In this document: in pieces, positions 34,815 through 45,603 of the stretch
Position numbering within the stretch: the first letter of the stretch is position 1
How the letters are laid out: every line of letters begins with the position of its first letter
Source: a virus
Taxonomy: Duplodnaviria > Caudoviricetes
Virus record (IMG/VR): IMGVR_UViG_3300025087_000689
Strand: one strand, 5' to 3'
DNA length: 64,000 nt
Program-made: the position numbers and the translations under genes
The notes under the pieces: generated by a model
Told to the model about the DNA's origin: nothing
What the model saw: the letters and a program-made list of their open reading frames with translations, nothing else
Databases searched by the model: none

Positions 34815-37800
34815 ATGGCCGCTGTTACCATAAACGTTGACACTAACATAGACGATATAATTGCAATGCAACATGTTACTGTTGCTAGTGGCGTAGCTAC
34901 ATCTCAATCTTCAGTTGATGGTATAACATGGGTTTCCAGAACTATGCCATCTTCTTCTACCTGGCAGAGTGTTGTGTTTGGAAGTGGTATGGCTGTCGCT
35001 GTTTCTAGTACTAACGGCACTGTTGCCGCTTCTTCTCCAGATGGTATAACATGGACGGCTAGAACTCTTCCTTCGACGAGCGTGTGGTATGATATTGCAT
35101 ATGGTAGTGGTTTATTCGTCGCTGTTTCTACAAATAATAGTAATAAAACAGCCTATTCTTCTGATGGTATAACGTGGACTTCTGGTAATATATCTTCAAC
35201 TGGTAACTGGCGGAGTGTAATTTATGGTAGTGGTCAGTTCATCGCATTATCTTATAATTCGAATATATTTGCTAGATCCGCTGATGGCATAACATGGACT
35301 TCCGGTAGTCTCCCCTCCACTGTTAATTGGAATGATGTTGCCTATGACTGGACTCTTGGAAGATATGTTGCGGTGGCATATGATTCGGATATAACTGCTT
35401 ATTCAGACGATGGTGTTAATTGGACCAGTGGTAATATACACAGTTCATCTAATTGGAATTGGGTTACTAGTAACAATCTTGGAAGATTCGTTGCTGTTTC
35501 AGCCGTAGCTGGAGTGGTCGGTGGTTATTCAAACGATGGTATAACTTGGTCTTCTGGAACGATGCCTGTCACAACAACTTGGCAAGCTGTTACATACGCA
35601 CCTCTTGGACCTAATGGTCCTCTTTGGACAGCTAATGGATTAACAACTTTTGCGGCGTCGTCAACAAATGGTATTAACTGGGTTCAGAGAGCCCAGATTA
35701 CAATGAGTTGTACTGCGTCTTGTTATGCTCCATTCTCTTGGAGATCCAATGACACTCTTACTATTGATAAACGTGCGATTGTAACTGTCAATACAGACCA
35801 AAAGAAATTCTGGTCTGGATCATTGACAGTTACAAACGGTCGATTAAAAGTAATTAATACATCTATTACAGACGCTATACGATTTATCATGGGTCGTACC
35901 ACTGGTATACTTGTACATAGTATTATTCCTACAAATGGACAAGGCATTATTGATATCTCTGGTAGTATGATTACTATTGGACAGAGTAGTGGAGTAGCCA
36001 ATCAAGTATTTACTGCACCATATACAGATTATATTCCTACAGTATGGGTAGAGACAGGTCCTGCTTCTGGTGTATATGAGATGTGGAATAACACACGAGC
36101 AGAGTATGGAAACACTCTGCCAGGTTTTGATAATGGTTTAAATGCTACGTGTAGTGGCAGGCGTGGCATGTTCTTTGAACAAGGAGTAAATACCAATTAC
36201 GATGAATCCTTTGTATTATTAAATAGTACCACGGTAGTTGGTTTACGAATTATTACTGTATCTTCAACGACTGGTATTATGACCGGTGCGTCGATATCAG
36301 GGACAAACATTCAAACCGGAACCGTTGTGGAAGCAATTTTAAGTGCTACGGAACTTGAAGTAAATCTTGCTCCTACTGGGTCAGCAACTACAACTACTGT
36401 TACTTTATTTAATCCTCTTAAATCGCAGTTAACTAATCAAATAACATTTGGTGATGGGACTTATGGAACTATACCTCCATCTGGTTCATATATTAAAATT
36501 CCAAATATCATGGTGACCTCAGAGACGGCCGCTAACGTTGGTAACGCTCAGTACGCAACAACTGGCTTATCGATTAATTTAAGTTTTGGTGGTTCGGCTT
36601 ATCTTCAGAATTGTCTCTTCGATGAATCCTATAATAATTTCACCCAAGGACAAAATCTAACTATTAAAAATGTCGGTATGGTCATAATGCCATTGTTGGT
36701 TGAGATTTATAATTTAATTATTGATGGTTTTGCGATAACGCAAGGTGGAACTTATCGGCGTTTTTATAGTACGTTTTGGTTTACAAGAGACAGTAGATCC
36801 AATATAGGTGGATTAGTTCTTTCTTACTGCAATAATGCCGTGATGAATGATCTTTATTTAAGTTCACAGAGTTTTCATGTAGCTTCACCGGCATTTCCAC
36901 TTAAATTAGATTTTTGCAAGGATGTCACTTTAACGAATTATCGTGCGGTAAATATTACGCCATTATATAACGCAATTAATTCGTGTGCACTATATCTCTA
37001 TAGTAGTAATAATTGCACTATTACAGGTATTGAAGCATACGGAATAGGTGCCGTATTCTTATCATTTTCCAGTAATAATACAATTAGTAATATTACGTGG
37101 GCTGAACACGTTCAGTTTAATAGTGCTGGATATACTATGACAGGAGATAGATTGGGATATGATCCAGTTACAGGAAGTGATTTAATTGAGGGTCAAAAAT
37201 ACTATATTAAATTACGAACTTATCATGATAGGAAAAGAGAAATATACTGGGATAGTAAGACTTACTCATTTACACCTTTTTTAGGTGCACAGTTATTCCC
37301 AGATTATTTTGCTTGTAACTGTACAGTATCACAAACTGTCGTATTAGGATGGACTAATAGATCACCTGTTTATTTATATGAAGTATTCAGAAGTACTGCA
37401 TTAGGATTTGGTACTAGAGATTTAACTACTCTCATGTACGCGAGTACAGTCGCAGCTACCGTGGCTTTTACGAATGGTCCTGTAACTCAGGCTATTCCAA
37501 CGGCAGTTACTGATACATGGACGTGGAATGCAGCTGGAAAAACATTAACAAGATCAGCCGGTACTGGAACATCATTTCTGACACTTGGCTTTATACTTGG
37601 TATGGTGGTGGATGTCACCGAAACAGCTAGTAATAACGGCACTTTTATTCTATCAGCGTGCACTGCTACTGTAATGACGTTTGCAAATGTTGGGCCTTAT
37701 ACCCAAACTATAGTAGCTGAAGCGGCTGCAGTCATAGGTAAAATTAATGGCCGTACACCAGCAAATGACACTACTTATTATTACGTCCTGCGAAAATGGG

Positions 37801-40019
37801 ACGATGCGGCAACTTCTAATGAAAGTGCGGAAACGGAAGTTACACCAACGGCTAATATCAGTTCTCAAAACCTTATAATACAGTCAGATGCATTTAATAC
37901 AACTTGGGTAGCTGCCAGAATTACAGTTACTGCAAATCAAACCTCTCCTTTTACAACTCCTTTAGAAGTACTTCCAAATACGGCAGCGACACAACTGGCT
38001 GATAAGTTAGCTGCAACTGGAGCCAGTGGACATATATCACAGGGATTTACCTCTGTTAGTGGAACTACATACACCTTCTCAGTATTTAACCGTTGCGATA
38101 ATATAGTTGGCACTCCAGTTGTATCAGGGTGGGTTGGACTAAGCGGTTCAGCAACAAATTACACTGTAACTCACTTCGTGGCTTCCGGTTCATGGCAGAG
38201 ATCATCAGTGACGTTTACAGCGGTTGATACCACGACGACAGCTTTTATAGGAGTTGATACAAACACACAATACATATACACATGTTCAGCAATGTTAAAT
38301 AGTGGCGTAGTAGCCGAACCACCAATCAAGACCACAACAGTGGCCGTGACAAACACTAATACAATTTCGCGAGATATATCTGCACTACAATCATGGTGTA
38401 GAAGTTACGGTAATGAAACTAGATTTTCTGGTCTTCAATATATTGTTGCACCTGCTAATAATACCGGTGATTTATTTACAGAAACATACCTAGGTACTTC
38501 TGGAACATTCGTCCCGTCGTTATTAAATAGAATTAGAATAATAGGTGATACTACGGCATGGTCATTTTCGTTAGTAATATCGATCAGTTATCAGTCAAAT
38601 GATAATATAATTAGTAACTTTACACAACTTGGTCGTGGGGCACCTTATGCCTTTTTATATTTTACACTTATGTCTAATAATAATATAGTGAGAAACATAA
38701 CTTTGGATTGTGGGTTTCGAGCACAGGGATCTGTGATCCAGTTTGCAACTGGATCATCTAATAATAGATGTCAGAATTTTGAATTCCGAGGGATTAAAAA
38801 TTATACTACATTCACCCCTTATCTATTTACAAATTTAGCATTTGATTCTTTTCTTGAAAATATTAGATGTGATGTTACGGATTTTTCTGTTCCCTTGTTA
38901 TTACCTAATAATAGTGTTTTTAAAGGTGTCGCTGGTGGAAATGCAACACCTGCCAATGGTGCCATTACCTGGGTTCATGGTTCGACTACGGATGGAATGC
39001 CAATAGCACCCGTCGCTGTATACGACACTAATTTCTTTGAGATGTATCATACCCCTACTTCCGGTGCGTTATATCTATTGTTTAATGATAGTATAAAAGA
39101 TACACCACCCTATACTATATTATCTGGCGTTCCTGTATTTGGTAATAACGGCAAATTATACTTTCAATCACCTGAAGATAGTATAGAATGGGAGTGGCCG
39201 CATAAAATTATTGGTGTTAGTGGTTTTGCAAATAGAGAACCTAAAATCAGCACAGTGGATCTTGGTACTTCAACGGATGTATTTGAAGGTTTATATGGTG
39301 AGTATTGCGTTAAAGCTGGAACATTTGGTGCTACTTATGGCAGTTATAAACAAATGACTGCGGCTAACCTATCATCTGAAACGATATCGGTTTCTGGTTT
39401 CTATATTAAAATTAAGTTAACAGCAAAACAGTTCATGAAATATGGAGCTCAAACTAATCCTTTTGTAATTGGGGAGTGGATAAAAGGAAATGTATCACAA
39501 GCCAGTGGTATGGTTACTAATGATTTTGATTTAGGATCAACTGGAACTGTTTGGGTATCTGGTGTTGTAGGAACATTTAATCCAACTGAAGCAATAGTTA
39601 AACATTCAACTGGAACTACAAGGGCAACGAACGTTGCAACTAATACATTATATGCTTTAGGTCCATCATATCTATCTTGCATTAATGGGTTGCAGATATA
39701 TACTCAGATAGACCAGACGGTTCACTATCCGTTAACTACTGTTAATGCAACCCTTACTATTACAGGTCTTCAAGCTGATACTGAAGTTAGAGTTTATCGA
39801 ACATCAGATGATGTTGAACTTGCCGGTTCAGAGAGTGTAATGACTGGTACATTCACATACGATTATGAATGGAATAGTACAGATGGAGATACTAGCGTTT
39901 ATATTAGAATCATGTCATTAACTTATAAATGGATGACATATACAGATCAATTACTTGGAGAAGATGGACTTGATATATTAGTCCAACAAGTTTATGATCG
40001 TAACTTCGAAAATCCGTAA
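34815..40019 (+). CDS. Giant adhesin-like virion appendage or fibre protein (Asp-box propeller plus beta-rich regions)
   Basis: 1734 aa, Thr/Ser/Gly-rich, seven S.DG.TW repeats, C-terminal TITGLQ.DTEVRVY module. Confidence 0.7.
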   Translation: MAAVTINVDTNIDDIIAMQHVTVASGVATSQSSVDGITWVSRTMPSSSTWQSVVFGSGMAVAVSSTNGTVAASSPDGITWTARTLPSTSVWYDIAYGSGLFVAVSTNNSNKTAYSSDGITWTSGNISSTGNWRSVIYGSGQFIALSYNSNIFARSADGITWTSGSLPSTVNWNDVAYDWTLGRYVAVAYDSDITAYSDDGVNWTSGNIHSSSNWNWVTSNNLGRFVAVSAVAGVVGGYSNDGITWSSGTMPVTTTWQAVTYAPLGPNGPLWTANGLTTFAASSTNGINWVQRAQITMSCTASCYAPFSWRSNDTLTIDKRAIVTVNTDQKKFWSGSLTVTNGRLKVINTSITDAIRFIMGRTTGILVHSIIPTNGQGIIDISGSMITIGQSSGVANQVFTAPYTDYIPTVWVETGPASGVYEMWNNTRAEYGNTLPGFDNGLNATCSGRRGMFFEQGVNTNYDESFVLLNSTTVVGLRIITVSSTTGIMTGASISGTNIQTGTVVEAILSATELEVNLAPTGSATTTTVTLFNPLKSQLTNQITFGDGTYGTIPPSGSYIKIPNIMVTSETAANVGNAQYATTGLSINLSFGGSAYLQNCLFDESYNNFTQGQNLTIKNVGMVIMPLLVEIYNLIIDGFAITQGGTYRRFYSTFWFTRDSRSNIGGLVLSYCNNAVMNDLYLSSQSFHVASPAFPLKLDFCKDVTLTNYRAVNITPLYNAINSCALYLYSSNNCTITGIEAYGIGAVFLSFSSNNTISNITWAEHVQFNSAGYTMTGDRLGYDPVTGSDLIEGQKYYIKLRTYHDRKREIYWDSKTYSFTPFLGAQLFPDYFACNCTVSQTVVLGWTNRSPVYLYEVFRSTALGFGTRDLTTLMYASTVAATVAFTNGPVTQAIPTAVTDTWTWNAAGKTLTRSAGTGTSFLTLGFILGMVVDVTETASNNGTFILSACTATVMTFANVGPYTQTIVAEAAAVIGKINGRTPANDTTYYYVLRKWDDAATSNESAETEVTPTANISSQNLIIQSDAFNTTWVAARITVTANQTSPFTTPLEVLPNTAATQLADKLAATGASGHISQGFTSVSGTTYTFSVFNRCDNIVGTPVVSGWVGLSGSATNYTVTHFVASGSWQRSSVTFTAVDTTTTAFIGVDTNTQYIYTCSAMLNSGVVAEPPIKTTTVAVTNTNTISRDISALQSWCRSYGNETRFSGLQYIVAPANNTGDLFTETYLGTSGTFVPSLLNRIRIIGDTTAWSFSLVISISYQSNDNIISNFTQLGRGAPYAFLYFTLMSNNNIVRNITLDCGFRAQGSVIQFATGSSNNRCQNFEFRGIKNYTTFTPYLFTNLAFDSFLENIRCDVTDFSVPLLLPNNSVFKGVAGGNATPANGAITWVHGSTTDGMPIAPVAVYDTNFFEMYHTPTSGALYLLFNDSIKDTPPYTILSGVPVFGNNGKLYFQSPEDSIEWEWPHKIIGVSGFANREPKISTVDLGTSTDVFEGLYGEYCVKAGTFGATYGSYKQMTAANLSSETISVSGFYIKIKLTAKQFMKYGAQTNPFVIGEWIKGNVSQASGMVTNDFDLGSTGTVWVSGVVGTFNPTEAIVKHSTGTTRATNVATNTLYALGPSYLSCINGLQIYTQIDQTVHYPLTTVNATLTITGLQADTEVRVYRTSDDVELAGSESVMTGTFTYDYEWNSTDGDTSVYIRIMSLTYKWMTYTDQLLGEDGLDILVQQVYDRNFENP
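34905..35700 (+). repeat. Seven roughly 41-codon Asp-box (BNR-like) coding repeats
   Basis: GATGGTATAAC(A/G/T)TGG-like units near 34917, 35040, 35163, 35283, 35409, 35535, 35667. Confidence 0.85.
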
Positions 40020-40066
40020 AGGAATAAAATGAAGTATAAGTATTGTCAAAAAAGAGGTGTTATAAC

Positions 40067-40246
40067 ATGTACCGCATCATAACTACGACAGATCATAAAT
40101 ACATTGGAATGATTATCGACGATATTGTAAATGATATTGTATTTCCCGATGGATTTATTATGGAAGTTAAATTTACGAAGACAACAAAAACCAGTGTAAT
40201 TATCAGTAATTATAATTACATTATTACACTTAGGAAGGAAAAATAA
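40067..40246 (+). CDS. Small hypothetical protein
   Basis: GAGGTG SD before ATG 40067. Confidence 0.6.
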   Translation: MYRIITTTDHKYIGMIIDDIVNDIVFPDGFIMEVKFTKTTKTSVIISNYNYIITLRKEK

Positions 40247-40248
40247 CT

Positions 40249-41574
40249 ATGGCTATTTTAACTGATCCCGATGACCTTGTTGACGCAGCGTCAATAATTA
40301 TCGACACAGCTGCAAAAACCGTACAATTGGTAGTTAATGGACTTTTAACTACTGAAGGTGTTACGATTAAATGTGTTTATTCAAAACTTAAAGAATTATG
40401 GCGTACCAATAACACATACATTAAATTCTTATTTCCGATGGGACCTATTACAGATGAACAGTTTGAAATGATTAATGGTTGGAATTGGTTAGACGCTACA
40501 ACCAGACTTTTATTGCGAACTGGTGGTTGGGCTGTGAAAGATACTTTAGGTGTATCGCAAGAAGAATGGGCGGGAGTTATAACACTGGGTTCTCTCGATG
40601 CAGCAGAACAAGTCTACTATCAACAGGAAGATGATGGCACAACTACAAACTTTAATTTGTTAGGTACTGTCAATCAAGCTGTTCAAGTATATGATGCTGG
40701 AGTATATGATTATCGAGATCATTTGAATCTCTATTGTCGAACATATGCTAGAACTTATGACATGGCAACTCTCAGTGATATTGGGGTAACAACACTATCA
40801 TATCAAGCGTATCGTTTTCCATTAACAACTTCTGTTGATACTAAAATAACACATAACGATGTTACTGTATCTGGAACTGCTCCTTATTCTGGTATGAGTA
40901 TTTGGTGGGGAAATCACACAGTTAATATTGGCGGAACTTTAGTTTCTTTCTCAATCACTATAGAAGGTCAAGGTGGGACAGCGGAAGAAATATACGAATT
41001 TTCACAATATAAATTAAGATGGGATTCAAATATAGATGCTAGTGGTGGAACACATATAGGAAAAATCACAAGTCCATTCCTAAGATTTACTGGAGACACT
41101 CTTTATACATTAGCTGTTGATGCCAGTGGTACATGTATAAGTGGTTATTTAAGTGCTGATACGAATAGATTAGTATTTACTGATGATTCTGGAGTCGAAT
41201 GGACTTTTCCTTATACCGCTGTCTTAGGTGTTACTTTTGGAGAAAATTTAACTAATGATATTTCTGGTACTTATTGGATCTATTTTACATCTGTTCCAAG
41301 TGGTCAGTACGGGACGTCAAGTGGAGTAATAGTTAATGATGCAAGTAACCTTCCCATGAGTGGAATAGTTAATGGTGCAACCTCATTATCCTTAAGTTTC
41401 GCTTACGATTCAAATAACCAAGGTGGAAGAACTCCATCTGGTAATGCTCCTATTACAGCAGTAGCAATCGGATTGAGTGGATCTCAGTTTGTTAAAGCTT
41501 CTGGTGTTATAACAAGAAGTACAGGAAATAGTATATCTCTAATTGCACCTCTTGAAAGAAATTATAGTAATTAA
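40249..41574 (+). CDS. Virion structural protein, Ser-Gly-rich C-terminal half
   Basis: 441-aa ORF; AAGGA SD; 13 SG. Confidence 0.7.
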   Translation: MAILTDPDDLVDAASIIIDTAAKTVQLVVNGLLTTEGVTIKCVYSKLKELWRTNNTYIKFLFPMGPITDEQFEMINGWNWLDATTRLLLRTGGWAVKDTLGVSQEEWAGVITLGSLDAAEQVYYQQEDDGTTTNFNLLGTVNQAVQVYDAGVYDYRDHLNLYCRTYARTYDMATLSDIGVTTLSYQAYRFPLTTSVDTKITHNDVTVSGTAPYSGMSIWWGNHTVNIGGTLVSFSITIEGQGGTAEEIYEFSQYKLRWDSNIDASGGTHIGKITSPFLRFTGDTLYTLAVDASGTCISGYLSADTNRLVFTDDSGVEWTFPYTAVLGVTFGENLTNDISGTYWIYFTSVPSGQYGTSSGVIVNDASNLPMSGIVNGATSLSLSFAYDSNNQGGRTPSGNAPITAVAIGLSGSQFVKASGVITRSTGNSISLIAPLERNYSN

Positions 41575-41582
41575 GGAATCTA

Positions 41583-42203
41583 ATGGTTTGTAAATATTGT
41601 AATATTAGTTTTACACCATATCACAAAATGCAAATTACTTGTGGTTCTAAAGAATGTTTAAATAAATATCATAAAGAATATCGCAAAACACATACAAACC
41701 AAATACGAGAATATAAGAATAAAAATAAGTGTTATCTGAATGAATACAATAAAAAATATTATAAGAAAAATAGAATACATATTAATGAATCTGACAAAGA
41801 ATATAATATTCAACATAGACAACAAATTAAAGAACGCAAGAAAGAATATTATATTAAATATAAAGATAAGATTAATAAATATGGAAAAGAATATCAAAAG
41901 AATAGAAAACAAACCGACCCTATATTTGTTATGCGATTAAGAATAAGAGATAGATTTAGAAAAGTTATTAAAAAGAATAAATATACTGAATTGTATGGTA
42001 TTAGGATTCAAGATATAATTAACCATATTGGACCTTGTCCAGGTAATCTATCTGAGTATCATATAGATCATATTAAACCACTGAGTTCATTTGATTTAAC
42101 TAAAGAGATTGAGATTCAAAAAGCCTTTGCACCTGAAAATCATCAATGGTTAACTAAAGAAGATAACTTACGGAAAGGTGATAGATATGGGTTACGTATT
42201 TGA
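41583..42203 (+). CDS. HNH homing endonuclease
   Basis: N-terminal CxxC...C, Lys/Tyr-rich linker, YHIDHIKPL...N...L...DN..KG. Confidence 0.85.
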   Translation: MVCKYCNISFTPYHKMQITCGSKECLNKYHKEYRKTHTNQIREYKNKNKCYLNEYNKKYYKKNRIHINESDKEYNIQHRQQIKERKKEYYIKYKDKINKYGKEYQKNRKQTDPIFVMRLRIRDRFRKVIKKNKYTELYGIRIQDIINHIGPCPGNLSEYHIDHIKPLSSFDLTKEIEIQKAFAPENHQWLTKEDNLRKGDRYGLRI

Positions 42204-43533
42204 TGGTAACACTTCTATTATTACTTTAACTCCAGGTACAGCTGTTCTGGATTTACGAAATTTGTATACAAATTGGAAAGAATGGATAATCGCTTCTGGT
42301 TCTATGTATACACAGGCGTTCTCTACTATTGGTGGAGAACCAATTGATGTAGTCGAAGGTATTTATATTACCAGTTATTTCTTTTTAGAAAATGGTTGGA
42401 AAATTCGACCACAAGAAGCAAGTCATAAGTTAAAAGTAACCAATGGTGTATTAGTTGTAGCTGATGGTTCTGATCCGTTCTTACAAACACTGGGGGTTTT
42501 TAATGTTCTTGTCCAGTACTCACAACCTATTAAGTCTGAGACTATAGCAACAGGTGGGGGAGGCGGTGGAATAGTTACTTCAATTCAAGAAGCAGCGTTA
42601 ACTCAGATTGTTGATGCTGGTAACTTGGCTGGTTGGAGTGGCGGAGCATCGTCCATAGTAACTGTATCTGGTATAACTCCACAAGCCCTATCGCAGATAG
42701 TGGCTTCTGGTAATGCCGCTGGTTGGGCGTCAGGAGGATCTACTTCCGGCGATTTCATTAATACTATAGATGCCATTTCGGGTATAGTTCAGAATATCTT
42801 AGGTACAACCAGTCAGTTTAGATTTACTGATAATGATGTATGGTGTACTCTTAATGGTGAAAAAGTAGTCGTATTCCGCAACGAGGATAAGACAGGGTAT
42901 ACGATTTTAACAAGTAATCTGGAAGCATTGCTTACTTCTGGTGGTTCACCAACTGCTGAAGCATTGGCTCAGAATACTGGAGGAAGTAGAATGTTTAATA
43001 GAAGAACAGGTAGTAAATTATTCTCTGGTAGATCATCTGGTAGTTCAGGTGCCTCTCAAGGTGAAATAGATCTTCGAGTTGAATTTGCTGAAACTATGTT
43101 TGGCCGAAATGGTAAACCTCAACGTGGTCATTGGGTTGTATATCGTAGATTTGATCTTACAACTAAGAGTGCGAACTTTGATGAAGTCTATAATACAGGT
43201 GTTAATGGACCAGCGTATGCTTTTGCTGATGAACTCGTTATTACAAGACAAGATCCTGTATTCTCTCCAGAGATGGCTGAATCTGCAATGCCAGCTGGAT
43301 TACTAAAAGGTGGGCAGTCCATCTTCTACTTTGAATATGACTTCAGACCAACTCAGAATGATCAGATATATGAATTAGATTGGGATAATCATATGATTAA
43401 ACCACCGACAAGTATATTGAATGGTGTATACACTAAGAGATATAATATTAAAGAGGTCTTCCCCTATAGATTGGACGGAGGAAGAGTAGAATATTATATG
43501 GCTTTTTGCAATACTGACTTAATTAACTATTAA
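42187..43533 (+). CDS. Two-part virion protein; C-terminal part resembles head-closure/neck proteins
   Basis: AAAGGTG SD before ATG 42187; GHWVVYRRFD...YFEY...GR.EYY C-terminal domain; internal GGAGG-7-ATG at 42991. Confidence 0.65.
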   Translation: MGYVFDGNTSIITLTPGTAVLDLRNLYTNWKEWIIASGSMYTQAFSTIGGEPIDVVEGIYITSYFFLENGWKIRPQEASHKLKVTNGVLVVADGSDPFLQTLGVFNVLVQYSQPIKSETIATGGGGGGIVTSIQEAALTQIVDAGNLAGWSGGASSIVTVSGITPQALSQIVASGNAAGWASGGSTSGDFINTIDAISGIVQNILGTTSQFRFTDNDVWCTLNGEKVVVFRNEDKTGYTILTSNLEALLTSGGSPTAEALAQNTGGSRMFNRRTGSKLFSGRSSGSSGASQGEIDLRVEFAETMFGRNGKPQRGHWVVYRRFDLTTKSANFDEVYNTGVNGPAYAFADELVITRQDPVFSPEMAESAMPAGLLKGGQSIFYFEYDFRPTQNDQIYELDWDNHMIKPPTSILNGVYTKRYNIKEVFPYRLDGGRVEYYMAFCNTDLINY

Positions 43534-43539
43534 GAATTT

Positions 43540-43680
43540 ATGATAATATATAAAATAACTAATCTTATAAATGACAAGATTTATGTTGGTAAAGATTCCA
43601 ACGATAACCCTAGTTATTTAAGTTCTGGTCTTCTTATTCAAAAGCAATCAAAAAATATAATAAAGAAAATTTTAAACTAA
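43540..43680 (+). pseudogene. GIY-YIG endonuclease remnant (frameshifted, truncated)
   Basis: MIIYKITNLINDKIYVGKDSNDNPSYLSSGLLI then KAIKKYNKENFK in a shifted frame. Confidence 0.8.
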
Positions 43681-43681
43681 C

Positions 43682-45403
43682 ATGAATGATAATATTATAA
43701 ATCTTTATAGTCCAGATGGTTCTGGAGCTTCAACGGCTGATTTGTTTGCTTTATCTGGTACTCTGCAAACATCTATTTATAACACATCTGGAACCCTAGT
43801 CACTTTAATAGCTAATACTTCTGGAACACTTGATACTGCTATTTATAATGCTTCGGGGTTATTTCTACGGCAAGATGGTACTACTCCTTTAACCGGAGAT
43901 TGGAATGCAGGTGGATATAATATAACTAACAGTGGTAATCTTAGTGTTCGTGATTATATTAGGGTTGGCAATATTACAGACGACGTAGCAAAGGAATGTA
44001 ATGTACTTGGACAAAACTTCGACTCTGGAACAGAGACCGAAGGTTTTAGCATGATTCATGGATGGAATGCTGCATCCAACGCAAACCTATTAGATATTGG
44101 TGGTGGTTCTGCATCATATAATGCAGTGTCATATGTCACCTTTTATACAGCGGCAAATGCTTCAACACGTATTGGAACAGCACGAGGAAGATTTGATGCT
44201 AATGGTTTATTAGATGTTTACTATGGACTAAATGTGCAAGGCGAAGTGACTGCTAGTGGTCTAACGTGTCCACAATATAATTCAGATCTTAATACATTTA
44301 GTGGTCATGTTGGGGTCGGTAGTACTGCCCTAACTAATGCGTCTTTACTCGTCAAAAATATTAGTGTAGTACAGGGTAGTGAAAACTTTTATGGTATATA
44401 TAATTATCATGATAGAGGATCAGGTACTGGTACTTACGCTAACGACATATTAAATCACTATAATTTTTTAAACCTAAGTCAAGTCAATGGAGAGTATGGT
44501 ACAGTTTATGGTATATATAATGAAACTCAATTAGCAGCAGGTACAGTTGGTAGAGTTGGTTTTAATCAAAATTTTTATGGTCAATATACTCTCATGGATA
44601 TGAATGGTGGTACCGTTTGTGGTGTTACTATGGGTACTTATATTAATATGGATATAGAACCCGCAGTATTTTGTTCTGGTCAAATACTAGCTTTACAAGC
44701 TAGAGTAGGACCTGATGGAGATGTGCTTGGTAACGTAACCGGTATTAGAGGTACTGTAGATCAAGCAGCTGGTAAAACTATCACTGGTGATGCATATGCG
44801 ATCCACGCTGATATGGATATAGATGGTACTGTTACTGGTAATACTGTTATGGTTTATATAGAAGAACATTCAAATGTTGACTATGCTATATATCACACCG
44901 GTACAGCACCCAGTGTATTAGGTGGAGATATTAGTGTTAGTGGTAGTCTTCAACTTGGTATTTATACAATAGAAAGAACTTTTAGTGTTGCACTTAGTGA
45001 TTCAGTGGCCGCTACTATATGCACTATAACAACTCCTGATAACCCGTCATACGATGGTGGAGGATATTCAGTATTTATAGATGGACAGGTATTTCATGGG
45101 GGTAATAGTTCAGCAACAAATGCCGCTAAGTGGTTTCAGGTAAAATATTCACATATAAATGACACTACTGGAAACACAGGAGATTCAACACCTGAGATTT
45201 CTTACTCCGCTACATCAGCGGCGGATGCTTCGGCTACGCGTGATATTGGTGTAATTAGTTTTGCTGCGGGTGCAGCTGGTGGTAATTATGTGAGAACTAT
45301 GGATATTACAGCTGATTTTACAGGAACCACAATAATGACAGGTCGAGTAGTAGCACACGTTAAAGTTGTTTACTATGGTTATAGTACTATAACTGTAACG
45401 TAG
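43682..45403 (+). CDS. Tail fibre or appendage-like protein
   Basis: FLRQDGTTPLTGDW.AGG..ITN fibre motif; NTSGTL repeats; Gly-rich beta repeats. Confidence 0.65.
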   Translation: MNDNIINLYSPDGSGASTADLFALSGTLQTSIYNTSGTLVTLIANTSGTLDTAIYNASGLFLRQDGTTPLTGDWNAGGYNITNSGNLSVRDYIRVGNITDDVAKECNVLGQNFDSGTETEGFSMIHGWNAASNANLLDIGGGSASYNAVSYVTFYTAANASTRIGTARGRFDANGLLDVYYGLNVQGEVTASGLTCPQYNSDLNTFSGHVGVGSTALTNASLLVKNISVVQGSENFYGIYNYHDRGSGTGTYANDILNHYNFLNLSQVNGEYGTVYGIYNETQLAAGTVGRVGFNQNFYGQYTLMDMNGGTVCGVTMGTYINMDIEPAVFCSGQILALQARVGPDGDVLGNVTGIRGTVDQAAGKTITGDAYAIHADMDIDGTVTGNTVMVYIEEHSNVDYAIYHTGTAPSVLGGDISVSGSLQLGIYTIERTFSVALSDSVAATICTITTPDNPSYDGGGYSVFIDGQVFHGGNSSATNAAKWFQVKYSHINDTTGNTGDSTPEISYSATSAADASATRDIGVISFAAGAAGGNYVRTMDITADFTGTTIMTGRVVAHVKVVYYGYSTITVT

Positions 45404-45443
45404 GATGTATTATGACTAGGGGTGGTTATATAAAGGATAAACT

Positions 45444-45603
45444 ATGCTTATCTATAAAAACAACAAATCTAATAAACAATAAGATTTATATCGGTAAAGA
45501 TTCCAATGATAATCCAAATTACGGTAAACGATATAAACATACAAAGGAAACCAAGTTAAAAATATCTAACTCATTGAAAGGTAGATCTAAATGCCTAGTT
45601 TAG
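45444..45603 (+). pseudogene. GIY-YIG remnant (+1 frameshift, internal deletion joined to a NUMOD3-like segment)
   Basis: AAGGA-ATG CTT ATC TAT AAA (extra A) ACA ACA AAT CTA..IYIGKDSNDNPNY fused to KHTKETKLKISNSLKG. Confidence 0.8.

Noticed and set aside
34905-35700. Regularly spaced repeats resembling a CRISPR array
   Set aside because: Degenerate, in-frame coding repeats of about 41 codons with homologous intervening sequence
41583-42203. Group I intron around the HNH gene
   Set aside because: Flanking genes each have their own start and stop, and there is no room for intron core structure
43578-45522. Diversity-generating retroelement TR/VR pair
   Set aside because: Differences are mostly synonymous rather than adenine-specific, and no reverse transcriptase is in the window
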